Notes under the pieces: generated by a model
Told to the model about the DNA's origin: nothing
Databases searched by the model: none
What the model saw: only the letters and a program-made list of their open reading frames with translations
Position numbers and translations under genes: made by a program
Assembly: GCA_016712285.1 (NCBI GenBank)
Contig: JADJRK010000001.1
Location: 4,058,761 to 4,122,760, forward strand
Reading direction: 5' to 3'
Length of the DNA stretch: 64,000 nt
From: Planctomycetota bacterium
GTDB lineage: Bacteria > Planctomycetota > UBA8742 > UBA2392
Shown here: positions 50,486-59,901 of the stretch, piece by piece
How the letters are laid out: each line of letters begins with the position of its first letter
How positions within the stretch are numbered: position 1 is the first letter of the stretch

Positions 50486-51487
50486 TTAGCCGGCTTTGGC
50501 CTTGTCTCGCCCGATGTCGCGAAACACCTGAAGGCACAACTCGGCCAGCCGGGCGGGGTGGTGGCGCACGACGTGGTCGGCGCTGACCAGGTCGCCGGTC
50601 ACCAGCCGCGGGCTGCCGGCAAGCTGGCTCAGTTTTGCCAGGTCGGCTTCCACGGGCACCGAGTTTTCGGCTGCATAGGCCTGCCGCAGCCGGTCAGGGA
50701 TCGCGCCGGTATTCACAACCACGAAGTCAAGCAAAGCGTTGCCGGTGTGCTCAATAATCACTTCGACATGTCGGCTGGCTGTGAAGCCCTGGGTTTCGCC
50801 GGGCTGGGTCATGATGTTGCAGACGTAGCCCACGACCGCGCCGGTTTTCAGCAGGGCGTTGCGGATATCCGGGATCAGCAGGTTGGGCAGTACGCTGGTG
50901 TAAAGGCTGCCGGGGCCCAGCAGCACAAGGTCGGCGGCCATGATGGCGTCTACCACATCGTGGGCTGCAGGCGCATCTTCTGGCTTGATCGCCAGTCGTT
51001 TGACCAGCTTATTGACCTTGCCGACGAGTGACTCGCCGGTGGTCTTGCTGCCGTCGTCGTGCTCGGCGATCAGGCTCAGCTTGACGGTCGTTGCCGGCAG
51101 CACGCGACCGCGCACATTCAGCACGCGGTTGGCTTCGCGCACGGCCTGCTCGAAGTCGCCGGTCACTTTGGTCATGGCGGCAAGAAAGATGTTGCCGAAG
51201 GGGTGGCCCTTGAGGTCGCCCTCTTCGAAGCGGTACTGGAACAGTTTCTCAAGCACCGGGCCGGCATCGCTCAGCGCGGCCAGGCAGTTGCGAATGTCCC
51301 CGGGGGGCAACATGCCGAACTCTTTGCGAAAGCGCCCGCTGCTGCCGCCGTCATCAGCCACGGTGACGATGGCTGTCAGCTTGTCGGTGTGTTCTTTCAG
51401 TCCCCGCAGCAGGCCGCTGGCGCCGGTGCCGCCGCCGATGGCGACGACGCTGGCGGAACGGCGGAACAGTCGTGGAAACAGTGCCAT
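50486..51487 (-). CDS. yvcK: gluconeogenesis factor YvcK / UPF0052 (CofD-like) family
   Basis: VVAIGGGTG N-terminus and overall CofD/YvcK pattern. Confidence 0.78.
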   Translation of the reverse strand: MALFPRLFRRSASVVAIGGGTGASGLLRGLKEHTDKLTAIVTVADDGGSSGRFRKEFGMLPPGDIRNCLAALSDAGPVLEKLFQYRFEEGDLKGHPFGNIFLAAMTKVTGDFEQAVREANRVLNVRGRVLPATTVKLSLIAEHDDGSKTTGESLVGKVNKLVKRLAIKPEDAPAAHDVVDAIMAADLVLLGPGSLYTSVLPNLLIPDIRNALLKTGAVVGYVCNIMTQPGETQGFTASRHVEVIIEHTGNALLDFVVVNTGAIPDRLRQAYAAENSVPVEADLAKLSQLAGSPRLVTGDLVSADHVVRHHPARLAELCLQVFRDIGRDKAKAG

Positions 51488-51573
51488 CGGCAACCGATGC
51501 GGGATTCGGGCATCCGTCTGCAATGCCCATAAGAGACCTGGGATGCTGTCCGGTAGAGTGAAACTCTGCCCGA

Positions 51574-51963
51574 CTACTCGTTCTTGGCTTCCTCGTACGT
51601 GCTTTCGCGGCGAATGCGGGTCGTGACGCGCTTGACGTCGCGCACCAGCTTTTTGCGTTTGTCGGTGCCCTTGTGGCCCTTCAGCTTTTCCTTCACTTTG
51701 CGCAGCTGGCGATAGGCCTTGTCAATGCAAAGGTCCACCGCGGCGTGCATGTCTTCGCGGTGGTGCACGACCGCCGACAGGTGGTTGTGCGTGTCGGTGT
51801 GCAGGTTGATTTCGCAAACGTGGTCAAGGCCGTCCTGGTTCAAAATCACCTGGATGGTCTGGATACGGTTGAAGTAACGCTCCAGCTTCTCGAGTTTCTC
51901 CTCGGCGTACTTCTTCATCATTGGTGTGACCTTGACGTTCTTGGCTGTAATCGTGATGCGCAC
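51574..51963 (-). CDS. hpf: ribosome hibernation promoting factor (RaiA/HPF)
   Basis: VRITITAKNVKVTPMMKKYAEEKLEKLERYF; GTG start with GAGGAG RBS 5 nt upstream. Confidence 0.75.
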   Translation of the reverse strand: MRITITAKNVKVTPMMKKYAEEKLEKLERYFNRIQTIQVILNQDGLDHVCEINLHTDTHNHLSAVVHHREDMHAAVDLCIDKAYRQLRKVKEKLKGHKGTDKRKKLVRDVKRVTTRIRRESTYEEAKNE

Positions 51964-52032
51964 GGAATCTCCTCGTTGGCTGGTAGCAGGCGGGCCGATT
52001 GTGGCGTGGTTCAGGCCATATGGCAACAGGGG

Positions 52033-52803
52033 CTAAACACCCTGTTCCAGCCGGTCTGCGTTGTAGTCATCCAGTTCTTTGAGCGCACGGATCTTGCGGG
52101 CTGTGCCCGTGACATCGTACTCGACCCGGCGCCAGATGAACTTGCGCTCGTCCCAGATGACATAGCAGGCGCGTGTGTCCCGGTCGCGAGGTTGGCCGAC
52201 GCTGCCGACGTTGATGATGTACTTCTTGCCCTTCTCGGCTTTGAACTCGTACTCGAGGTCCTTTTCGGTCTGGTACCGGAACTCCTGGTCAATCACGCAA
52301 GGTATGTGCGTGTGGCCCACGAAGCACAGGTCCTCGAACTGCCCGAAGATGTCGTTGAGCTTCTTGATCGCCTCGGGGACGCCCTGGCCCGCGCCCAGCG
52401 CGTCGTGCTTGAGAATGTACTCGGTCGTTGGTTCGCGGGGGCTGCCGTGCACCATCAGCGCCCCATCTTCACGGTGCGTGAGCTTCAGGCCTTTCAAGAA
52501 GCTCATCCGCTTCTTGTTCTTGAACCCGAACAGCCCGCCCGTCAGCGATTTCTTCGTCCAGCGGATGGCGGTCAGCGCCCGGTAGTTGAAGCCGACGGGT
52601 TCAAACACCACGGCTTCATCGTGATTGCCCATCAGGTTGATGCGAAAGTCCATGGCCTCGTCGATGATTTCGACGGGCTCAGGGCCGTATCCGACAAGGT
52701 CGCCAAGCGAGATGATGTCCGTGATGTTGTGGGACTTGAGGTCCTTCTTCACGGCCTCCCAGGCTGCAACGTTGGCATGGATGTCTGAGACGATTGCCTT
52801 CAT
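52033..52803 (-). CDS. metallophosphoesterase (PrpE/ApaH-like Ser/Thr phosphatase family)
   Basis: DIHAN, GDLVGYG, GNHD, GHTH motifs. Confidence 0.75.
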   Translation of the reverse strand: MKAIVSDIHANVAAWEAVKKDLKSHNITDIISLGDLVGYGPEPVEIIDEAMDFRINLMGNHDEAVVFEPVGFNYRALTAIRWTKKSLTGGLFGFKNKKRMSFLKGLKLTHREDGALMVHGSPREPTTEYILKHDALGAGQGVPEAIKKLNDIFGQFEDLCFVGHTHIPCVIDQEFRYQTEKDLEYEFKAEKGKKYIINVGSVGQPRDRDTRACYVIWDERKFIWRRVEYDVTGTARKIRALKELDDYNADRLEQGV

Positions 52804-52890
52804 GCGCGCAGGCCACCAACCCAACCTCAAAAGCTGTCGAATGTTAGAGCAAGCTAGCCCGACCCGGGGGGGTGTCAAGTCAAGCCCCGC

Positions 52891-53772
52891 TTACACCGTC
52901 GGCAGATAGGCTTCGCGCCCCTCAAAGGGCTCCGGCGGGTACTCCACCTGCACCAGCGTCAACCCGTGGGGGGGCAGGTTGGGGCCTGCCTCCTTGCGGT
53001 CCTTAACGTCCAGCAGGGTCCCAAGCCATTCCGGTGATTGCTTGCCAAGCCCGACTTCCAGCAGTGAGCCAGCCAGCGCACGGACCATGCCCCGCAGAAA
53101 GCCGTTTCCGGCGACTTCGATGCGCAGCAACTCGCCACGTTCGACCAGTTCGCAGCAGGTGATTGTGCGCACAGTGCCCAGGGGGCGGGGCTTGCGCCAG
53201 GGCGGCGGCGTGAAGTCGCCGTGCGCCACGGCCGCCGGGCCGACGGTGTCGGCGGTAGTGTCAGGTTGGTCGGCGCCTGGGCTGGAGTCGTCGGGGCTGG
53301 CTTGAAAGCTCTTGAAGTCGTGAGTGCCAACGACCAGTGCTGCCGCGGCGCGCATCGCTTCGGTGTCGAGCTGCCGGGGGGCAAGGTGAGTGCGATCTGC
53401 TTGCAAGGGGCTGCGGGCCCGCGACCGCAGCAGGGTGTATCGATACAGCTTGGATAGCGCGTCGAACCGGGCGTGAAAGCGTGGATCAGTTTCGCGTACG
53501 GCGCGCACCGCGACATCGTCGGGCAATCTGGCGTTGATCGCGTTCAGCAACTCGCGGCACGGAAGCCGCGAGTCCACGTCCACATGGGCCGGCATGGCGC
53601 GGGCGTGCACGCCGCGATCGGTGCGGCCCGACGACTGCACGCTGACCGGGTGGCCGACGAGGTCTGCGACGGCCGCTTCGACGACGCCTTGCACACTGCG
53701 GTCAGGCCCCTGGCGTTGCCAGCCAAAGAAGCCTTTGCCGTGAAACTCAAGAGTAAGCAGAATCCTGCGCAT
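52891..53772 (-). CDS. truA: tRNA pseudouridine(38-40) synthase
   Basis: LEFHGKGFFGWQRQ, catalytic RTDRGVHA block. Confidence 0.85.
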   Translation of the reverse strand: MRRILLTLEFHGKGFFGWQRQGPDRSVQGVVEAAVADLVGHPVSVQSSGRTDRGVHARAMPAHVDVDSRLPCRELLNAINARLPDDVAVRAVRETDPRFHARFDALSKLYRYTLLRSRARSPLQADRTHLAPRQLDTEAMRAAAALVVGTHDFKSFQASPDDSSPGADQPDTTADTVGPAAVAHGDFTPPPWRKPRPLGTVRTITCCELVERGELLRIEVAGNGFLRGMVRALAGSLLEVGLGKQSPEWLGTLLDVKDRKEAGPNLPPHGLTLVQVEYPPEPFEGREAYLPTV

Positions 53773-53859
53773 TTGCTGATTAGGCCCGCAGACGCCCGTT
53801 CGTCAACTGGTGGAAGGCGCGGGTCGCTAGAGAAGGCACTTAGGCACCAAGGAGACAAC

Positions 53860-54273
53860 ATGTCGGCGTGGAATCCGCAAGAGGTTGAACGTGTCGCGAC
53901 AGCGATCGTGGACTGCTCGGTCAAGATTCACCAGACGCTCGGCCCGGGACTTCTCGAGTCCGTCTACGTCAGAATTCTCGTCCACGAACTACGGAAACGG
54001 GGATTGGATGTGAAGACAGAGGTCCCGGTTCACGTCCACTGGGATGGCGAAGACCTGGGCGTTGGTTACCGCGTGGACCTGCTGGTCAACGACTGCGTCG
54101 TGGTGGAAGCCAAGTCTGTGGAGGCAAATTCAAAGTTGCACTCGAAACAGGCGCTAACGTACATCTGTCCGTTGGGACTGCCCCTGGCCTTTGTGCTGAA
54201 TTTCGGTCAGCGCTTGATGAAAGAAGGCATCGAAAGAGTGGCTAACGACTACTACAGGTCAGTCGAGCTGTAG
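53860..54273 (+). CDS. GxxExxY family protein (PD-(D/E)XK-like)
   Basis: GLLESVY motif; AAGGAG RBS. Confidence 0.7.
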   Translation: MSAWNPQEVERVATAIVDCSVKIHQTLGPGLLESVYVRILVHELRKRGLDVKTEVPVHVHWDGEDLGVGYRVDLLVNDCVVVEAKSVEANSKLHSKQALTYICPLGLPLAFVLNFGQRLMKEGIERVANDYYRSVEL

Positions 54274-54275
54274 TT

Positions 54276-54462
54276 GTCATTCCTTTGTGTCTTCGTGGCT
54301 TCGTGTGGGCCCATTCTTCAAGGACTCGGAGTTACAGGTCGCACACGAAGGCACTAAGGCACAAAGGAAAGGCCATAACCAGAACTTCGAGCTACAGGTT
54401 GCTAGCTTGAGCGGTTTGAAGGGTATTGGCAGTTCTTTGTGCCTTTGTGTCTTTGTGTGAGC
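54276..54462. repeat. ~26-bp GAAGGCACTAAGGCACAAAGGA-type repeats in direct and inverted orientation (four copies including 53832-53859)
   Basis: Copies at 53832-53859 (direct), 54276-54312 (inverted), 54343-54375 (direct), 54432-54462 (inverted). Confidence 0.65.
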
Positions 54463-54498
54463 TCCAATGGCCCGTTCGTTGGCGGAAGGTCAGTAACC

Positions 54499-54822
54499 GT
54501 GCGCTACGCTGTGCTTGAGCATTCAGTGAGAAACGCTGTCCACTTTGACCTGATGCTTGAGGTTGAGGGGCAGGACTTGCTGCGTACGCTTCAGCTTGCG
54601 CGCTGGCCATTGGCGCCTGGTGACAGCGCTGCATGCAGCGAGCTGGCGCCGCACCGGCGCGCGTACCTGACCTATGAGGGCGAAGTCTCCGGTGACCGCG
54701 GCAGCGTGAAACGCGTCGAGACCGGCACCTGGTGGGCGGCTGACGGGCAGATGGTCCTGCAGGCAAGCGACGGCCGCGTCACCCGTCTGGAGCAACGCGG
54801 CCCGGAGATGCATGCAGGCTAG
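54499..54822 (+). CDS. LigD 3'-phosphoesterase-domain-like (LigD_N) small protein
   Basis: HFDLMLE...AYLTYEGEVSGDRGSVKRVETGTW resembles a LigD phosphoesterase domain; GTG start. Confidence 0.45.
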   Translation: MRYAVLEHSVRNAVHFDLMLEVEGQDLLRTLQLARWPLAPGDSAACSELAPHRRAYLTYEGEVSGDRGSVKRVETGTWWAADGQMVLQASDGRVTRLEQRGPEMHAG

Positions 54823-55880
54823 ATCCAGCGACCCGACCAGCTGATGCCGATCGTGAATGTCAGCCTGAAGTCGTGCTTCTTGAACTCGGGAGGCGGCAGG
54901 TTGTCGAAGCTGTGCTCAATCAGCAGGCCCGCGGTGAAGTAGCCGCCGAACTTGTATTCAACCAGCAGGGAGTTGTTGACGTTGATGTTCTTGAATTCGT
55001 CAAAGTCGAACAGGACCTCAGACTTGAAGTTCACATGCAGGGTGTCGTTCACCCCGACCCAGTCGAGCTCGGTGCGCGCGCGCGCGCCCAGGTAGCCGCG
55101 ATCTTCGGCGCCGCCGATCTGGTCTTCATAGGTGTAAGTCAGGTGTGCCGCCACGTTCCACCACAGCTTGGGATCGTTCAAGATCTGGTAGCCGGGGCCG
55201 ATGCCGGTGATGCTGCGGTAGTGATAGCCTGCGAACTCGTTGAGATACAGGTCTTCCGTCACTTCCACCGTCAGCCGGAAATCGAAGATGTACCGATACA
55301 GGTAGCCGAAGTGGTGCTTGCGTTCGCGCACCGGGTCGATTTCAAGGTTGCGGTCCTGGAAGTAGCTGCCGCGGCCGTACCAGGTCATGAAGTTGTGCTT
55401 GCCCGTGCGCTTGATATCGAAGCGGTACCCCAGCGAGTAGGTGTTGGTGTTGCCCGCCGTCATGGAAAACGTGCCCAGGGCCGAGACTTCCCAGATCGGG
55501 CGCTCGTCGGGCAGGGATTCGTTGATGCCGTTGACGCCGGCAAAGTTCTCGATCGTGGTTTCCGTGCCGTTGGTCCGGAACACCAGCTTGCCGTCACGCG
55601 TCAGCAGCTTGCCGCTTTGTTGCTGCTTGATGTCGTCACCAAGGCGAAGCGTGGCATCACGTTCGCCATCCAGCTCCAGCGACGCGACCTTGGCCACCGG
55701 CACCTTGATCGTGCCCAGGGCGCCCGAGTTGAAGTGGACTTCGCCGGCTTCGAGTTTCTCGAACTTGCCAACCAGCGTGTCACCGTCTGTCGTGACGAGC
55801 GTGTCAGCGGCAAACAATGCCCCGGCGAACAGTACAAGGACAGAAAGAAGCAGCGCACGCAGCGGTCTGTACATCATCAT
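54819..55880 (-). CDS. DUF481-family outer-membrane beta-barrel protein
   Basis: Signal peptide MMMYRPLRALLLSVLVLFAGALFA; aromatic-rich beta-strand pattern ending in W-I. Confidence 0.7.
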   Translation of the reverse strand: MMMYRPLRALLLSVLVLFAGALFAADTLVTTDGDTLVGKFEKLEAGEVHFNSGALGTIKVPVAKVASLELDGERDATLRLGDDIKQQQSGKLLTRDGKLVFRTNGTETTIENFAGVNGINESLPDERPIWEVSALGTFSMTAGNTNTYSLGYRFDIKRTGKHNFMTWYGRGSYFQDRNLEIDPVRERKHHFGYLYRYIFDFRLTVEVTEDLYLNEFAGYHYRSITGIGPGYQILNDPKLWWNVAAHLTYTYEDQIGGAEDRGYLGARARTELDWVGVNDTLHVNFKSEVLFDFDEFKNINVNNSLLVEYKFGGYFTAGLLIEHSFDNLPPPEFKKHDFRLTFTIGISWSGRWI

Positions 55881-56012
55881 TGGCGAGCTCTCACCGGGCC
55901 ATGGGTTAGTGAACGACAGAACGAACCGTCTACACAAACAGTGCAATCGTGGCAACCGAAACGAACCAAAAGGAGCAGTTCATCCAGAATTTGTGATAGC
56001 GGCGAGACCCTT

Positions 56013-56519
56013 CTAGTCTGGGCTGTTGGCCGGCGGCTGTGGCTGCTCAGGTGGCATGTTCAATTCGCGGCTTCGAGTCGGGCTGTGCCGCCAGGTGTTA
56101 TCGGCCTGTTTGATGAACACCAGCCACGAGGTCTGAACCGGCGCCTCTTCACCCTTGTTGTTCTTCTGGGGTTTGAACTTGCCGTTTTCGTCCACGGGCA
56201 CGTAGCGGACCTGCACCCGGGCCAGCTTGTCGTCGCTTTGGGCCGAGTCTTTGACGGCTTCGATCTTCCAGCGCAGCCCCAGCTCTTTCGATTGCCGAAA
56301 CTGGCCGCGCAACGCGGGCTCGTAGGCTTCGCGCTCGTCGCGGGCCACGCAGCTTGCGGCAAGCTCGACGTCGCCCGACTCAATGGCTCGCGCATACACC
56401 TCAAGCGCATCTTCGGGAGTCGTGAACTTGGGCAACCAGACGACCTCGCTGTTGTTGGCGGCGTTCGAGCCGCAGGCGACAAGCAGTAGCAGCAGGCTGA
56501 AAATCGCAATCCAACGCAT
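56013..56519 (-). CDS. hypothetical lipoprotein
   Basis: [18 protein letters not shown] lipobox; the 5' part of the 201-aa ORF overlaps tRNA-Pro and is rejected. Confidence 0.55.
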   Translation of the reverse strand: MRWIAIFSLLLLLVACGSNAANNSEVVWLPKFTTPEDALEVYARAIESGDVELAASCVARDEREAYEPALRGQFRQSKELGLRWKIEAVKDSAQSDDKLARVQVRYVPVDENGKFKPQKNNKGEEAPVQTSWLVFIKQADNTWRHSPTRSRELNMPPEQPQPPANSPD

Positions 56520-56569
56520 GGGTTCGTGTCCTAAGCAAAGCGCCCGGTTTGGGCCGGGCGCCGGTTTTC

Positions 56570-56646
<77 letters not shown>

Positions 56647-56734
56647 ATGGGTCCGAAAGTAGCCCCGCGTGTCTACAGCGTCAAGGCGGGGAGACCATGC
56701 ACGCACATAACGCGCCACGGTTGCAGCCGCGCAA

Positions 56735-57736
56735 TCACCCGCCCGCGAGCCATGAACGTATCTGGCCCGGGCTGAAAATCCCGTCCTCAGTGATCAGCCC
56801 CGTGATCAGCCCGGCCGGTGTTACATCGAACGCCGGGTTGAACACCTTCGCGCCGGCTGGCACGAGCTGCGTCGGCCCAAGGCGCCGAAGCTCAGACTCA
56901 GACCGTTCTTCGATCGGGATCTCATTGCCCGATGCCAGTGCCGCGTCGAACGTGCTGCGCGGTGCGGCCACATAGAACGGAATGTCGTGATGCCTGGCCG
57001 CAACGGCCACGCCGTAGGTGCCGATCTTGTTGGCGGCATCGCCGTTGGCGGCGATGCGGTCGGCGCCGGTGATCACAAGCTGCACTCTGCCCGCGCGCAT
57101 GACGCTGGCCGCCATGCCGTCGCCGATCACGGTGACGTCGATGCCCTGTTCAGACAGTTCAAACGAAGTCAGGCGAGCACCCTGCAACAGTGGCCGCGTC
57201 TCGTCGGCAAACACGCGGAACTTGACGCCGTTGGCGTGTGCGACGTACATCGGGGCCAGTGCGGTGCCCATGCCGGCTGTTGCCAGCGCGCCCGCGTTGC
57301 AATGCGTCAGCAGGCCCATGCCGTTGCGAATCAGGGCGGCACCGTGCTGACCGATGCGGCGACAAGTGTCCTCGTCTGACGCGTGAATGCGCTTGGCCTC
57401 GGCCAGGGCCTTTTTGACATCGCCCTCGGCGACGGATTTCACGCGCTCGACGGCCCAGCGCAGGTTGACCGCAGTCGGGCGGGCATCGGCGAGGCGCTCA
57501 AGGCCGGCGGCACCCAGGCCGCTGCGCAGCGCAATCACGCAGCCGTATGCACCGGCCACACCGATCGCAGGTGCGCCACGCACGGCCAGGCGCACAATTG
57601 CGTCGATCACTCCGTCGAGGTCTGTCAGCTCAAGCAGCCTCAGTTCAGAGGGCAGCAGCGTCTGTTCAATGATGACGAGCGCGCCGGTGCGCGCGTCGCC
57701 GCGCCAGCTGACGGTGGGGGGCATGGCCATAGGCAA
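56735..57736 (-). CDS. mtnA: S-methyl-5-thioribose-1-phosphate isomerase (eIF-2B alpha/beta/delta family)
   Basis: Family-wide conservation including the GADRIAANGD region. Confidence 0.82.
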   Translation of the reverse strand: MPMAMPPTVSWRGDARTGALVIIEQTLLPSELRLLELTDLDGVIDAIVRLAVRGAPAIGVAGAYGCVIALRSGLGAAGLERLADARPTAVNLRWAVERVKSVAEGDVKKALAEAKRIHASDEDTCRRIGQHGAALIRNGMGLLTHCNAGALATAGMGTALAPMYVAHANGVKFRVFADETRPLLQGARLTSFELSEQGIDVTVIGDGMAASVMRAGRVQLVITGADRIAANGDAANKIGTYGVAVAARHHDIPFYVAAPRSTFDAALASGNEIPIEERSESELRRLGPTQLVPAGAKVFNPAFDVTPAGLITGLITEDGIFSPGQIRSWLAGG

Positions 57737-57786
57737 TCCTTCGCTTTCAGAGGGTGCGCATACTATATTGAGATTGAACCCATTCC

Positions 57787-58386
57787 TTGAGCATACCCAT
57801 GGCGAAACGATCAGAGCCCGAACCTGCCTCGGAAGAGGCGCTGCTGGCCGAAGAGCAGCAATCCGACGAACAGTTGCTCGAAGGCCTTCTGGATGACACC
57901 CACAAGGTGCTCAAACAGGCTGTGGACCGCGCCGGTCCCAAGCGCATTTCGCGCGCCTTGGATGTCAGCCTGAGCCTGGTCTACAAGTGGACCCAGCCGC
58001 CGCGCACCAAGAAAAACCCCAGCGCCAGCGGCGCCCGCAACCCGCTGGACAAGCTGGTGACGATGTTTCACCTGAGCCAGGACCTCGAGATTATCCACTT
58101 TCTGTGTCGCGTGGCGCGCGGCTACTACACGTCCAACCCCGTGCACGGCCCGGAGCAGACGCAGAACTTTGTGTCGGCCACGATCAGCTCGTTGAACGAC
58201 TTTGCCGACATGATCCACCACGCCGAAAAGTCCCTGACCGGCGATGGCAGGATTGACGACGACGAATCCAAGAAGCTGCGCCGCATGTGGGACAAGCTGA
58301 AGGGGCGGCTGGAGAACTTCATCGTCGCCTGCGAAGAAGGCCAATTCAACAAGGACGAGCGGGGCGCAGACAGCGAAGAAGAATAG
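57787..58386 (+). CDS. hypothetical protein with possible HTH (ISRALDVSLSLVYKWTQ)
   Basis: ORF; acidic N- and C-termini. Confidence 0.5.
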   Translation: MSIPMAKRSEPEPASEEALLAEEQQSDEQLLEGLLDDTHKVLKQAVDRAGPKRISRALDVSLSLVYKWTQPPRTKKNPSASGARNPLDKLVTMFHLSQDLEIIHFLCRVARGYYTSNPVHGPEQTQNFVSATISSLNDFADMIHHAEKSLTGDGRIDDDESKKLRRMWDKLKGRLENFIVACEEGQFNKDERGADSEEE

Positions 58387-58437
58387 GGCGCCCGCACGCA
58401 GGGCCGGCAGCACCAGGTTTCAACCGGGACGAGCTTC

Positions 58438-58887
58438 ATGAGCGACAGAATGCCGATTCCTGACATCGACGACACCGGCCTGCGCGAGCACATACTCAGG
58501 CTGCGCGGCCTTGTCGCCGAAGAAACCATCGAGACGCTGCGCATGGTGCGCCTTGAGCACATCGTGAACCCGCGCGGCAAGATGGTTGAGTATGACCAGC
58601 AGGCTTTCCGGGCCTGGGTGATCGCGTGGTTGAACTCGCTTGAGACGGTGCTGTGCGCGCACCTGGCGCTGTTGACCAAGCAGGTGTTCGACAGCAAGAC
58701 CGAGCTTGAGCCGATTGTCGCGCACCCCAAGATGCTGCTGGACCAGATCGATGACATCCGGCGCGCCCTCGAGATCATCCTGGAAGCCGAGCCCGAGATG
58801 ACGCCGCAGCCGGCAACGGGCCAGCACGCAAAGGTCAAAGAACAGCCCGAAGATGCCGCCGAAGACTCGGCGGGCAAGAAGAAGTAG
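58438..58887 (+). CDS. hypothetical protein
   Basis: 149-aa ORF downstream of the previous gene. Confidence 0.45.
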   Translation: MSDRMPIPDIDDTGLREHILRLRGLVAEETIETLRMVRLEHIVNPRGKMVEYDQQAFRAWVIAWLNSLETVLCAHLALLTKQVFDSKTELEPIVAHPKMLLDQIDDIRRALEIILEAEPEMTPQPATGQHAKVKEQPEDAAEDSAGKKK

Positions 58888-58945
58888 CAGCCAGAAAAAT
58901 CAAAACGCCCGCATGTCTGCGGGCGTTTCGCTTTCGTGCTGCGGT

Positions 58946-59707
58946 TTACTTGCGCGGCGGGATCAGGCTGCTGCGCTCGACGGTTTCGCCGGCCGGCTTC
59001 TCTTCTTTGCTGGCGGGCTGGCTGGCCTGTGCGGGCGCGGTGCCGTACTCAGGGAGGCTGACCTGCTCGCCACCCTTGAGGCGGTCGCCCCAGGCAAGCT
59101 CGGGGTTGGCGTCGACAATCTTGCGAAACAGGTACATGTTGCCGTAGTACTCAATCGCCAGGCTGTAGGCGGTGTCGCCGGCTTCGGCAGTCACGGTGCG
59201 TGCGGGAAACCACTCGCCCTTTGACTTGGTTTCTGCGGCTTTCACAGCCTCGGCGCCGCCGGGCCCGCTCGGAATCTTGATGGTCTGGCCGACGCGCAAC
59301 TTGTGGGCGTTGGAGGCATCCAGTCCTTCGTTGATTTTGTAGATGTCCTCGACCTTGCAGCCGTACTGGACAGCCAGCTTGCTGACCATGTCGCCGGGCT
59401 GGATCTTGTGTTCGACCACGCCGCCGGTTGCTGCGGGCTTGGGCTCAACCTTGGGCTCGGGCTTCGGCTCCGGCTTGACTTCAGGCGTGGGAAGCGGGTC
59501 CGAGTTCAGGGGTGGCGTGACCACGTCATAGCCAAGCACGTTGGACGACTTCACCGGGGTGGCGTCCACGGGCTTGATGTCTTCAGTCTTGGACGTTGTG
59601 TCCTCAGTCGGCTCGTCGATACCGGGGCTGAAAAGCGCAGCCGCAAGCAACCCGACCAGTACAAGGCCGGCTGCTGCGACGACCATCGAAATGCGGCTCT
59701 TTGTCAT
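58946..59707 (-). CDS. LysM-domain protein (two LysM repeats) with N-terminal TM anchor
   Basis: TM MVVAAAGLVLVGLLAAALF; Pro/Glu/Lys-rich linker; two LysM-like segments (HKIQPGDMVSKLAVQYG..., TVTAEAGDTAYSLAIEYYG...). Confidence 0.7.
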   Translation of the reverse strand: MTKSRISMVVAAAGLVLVGLLAAALFSPGIDEPTEDTTSKTEDIKPVDATPVKSSNVLGYDVVTPPLNSDPLPTPEVKPEPKPEPKVEPKPAATGGVVEHKIQPGDMVSKLAVQYGCKVEDIYKINEGLDASNAHKLRVGQTIKIPSGPGGAEAVKAAETKSKGEWFPARTVTAEAGDTAYSLAIEYYGNMYLFRKIVDANPELAWGDRLKGGEQVSLPEYGTAPAQASQPASKEEKPAGETVERSSLIPPRK

Positions 59708-59901
59708 CGTGTCTCCTTCAAGAAATCGTCCGTGGACGTGGGTGGCGCTTGTGTGCGCCCGGGCCAAGGGGACCGGACGGTATCCCTGCATTCGGCAGGG
59801 TGCTTTGCGCGACTTTGGGAAAAAAGCGAAAGCGGTTTTATCCGGACGCAAATGAAACCGGGCCGGGCATAGCGCCCGGCCCGGCTTGGAAGGCTGACAG
59901 C

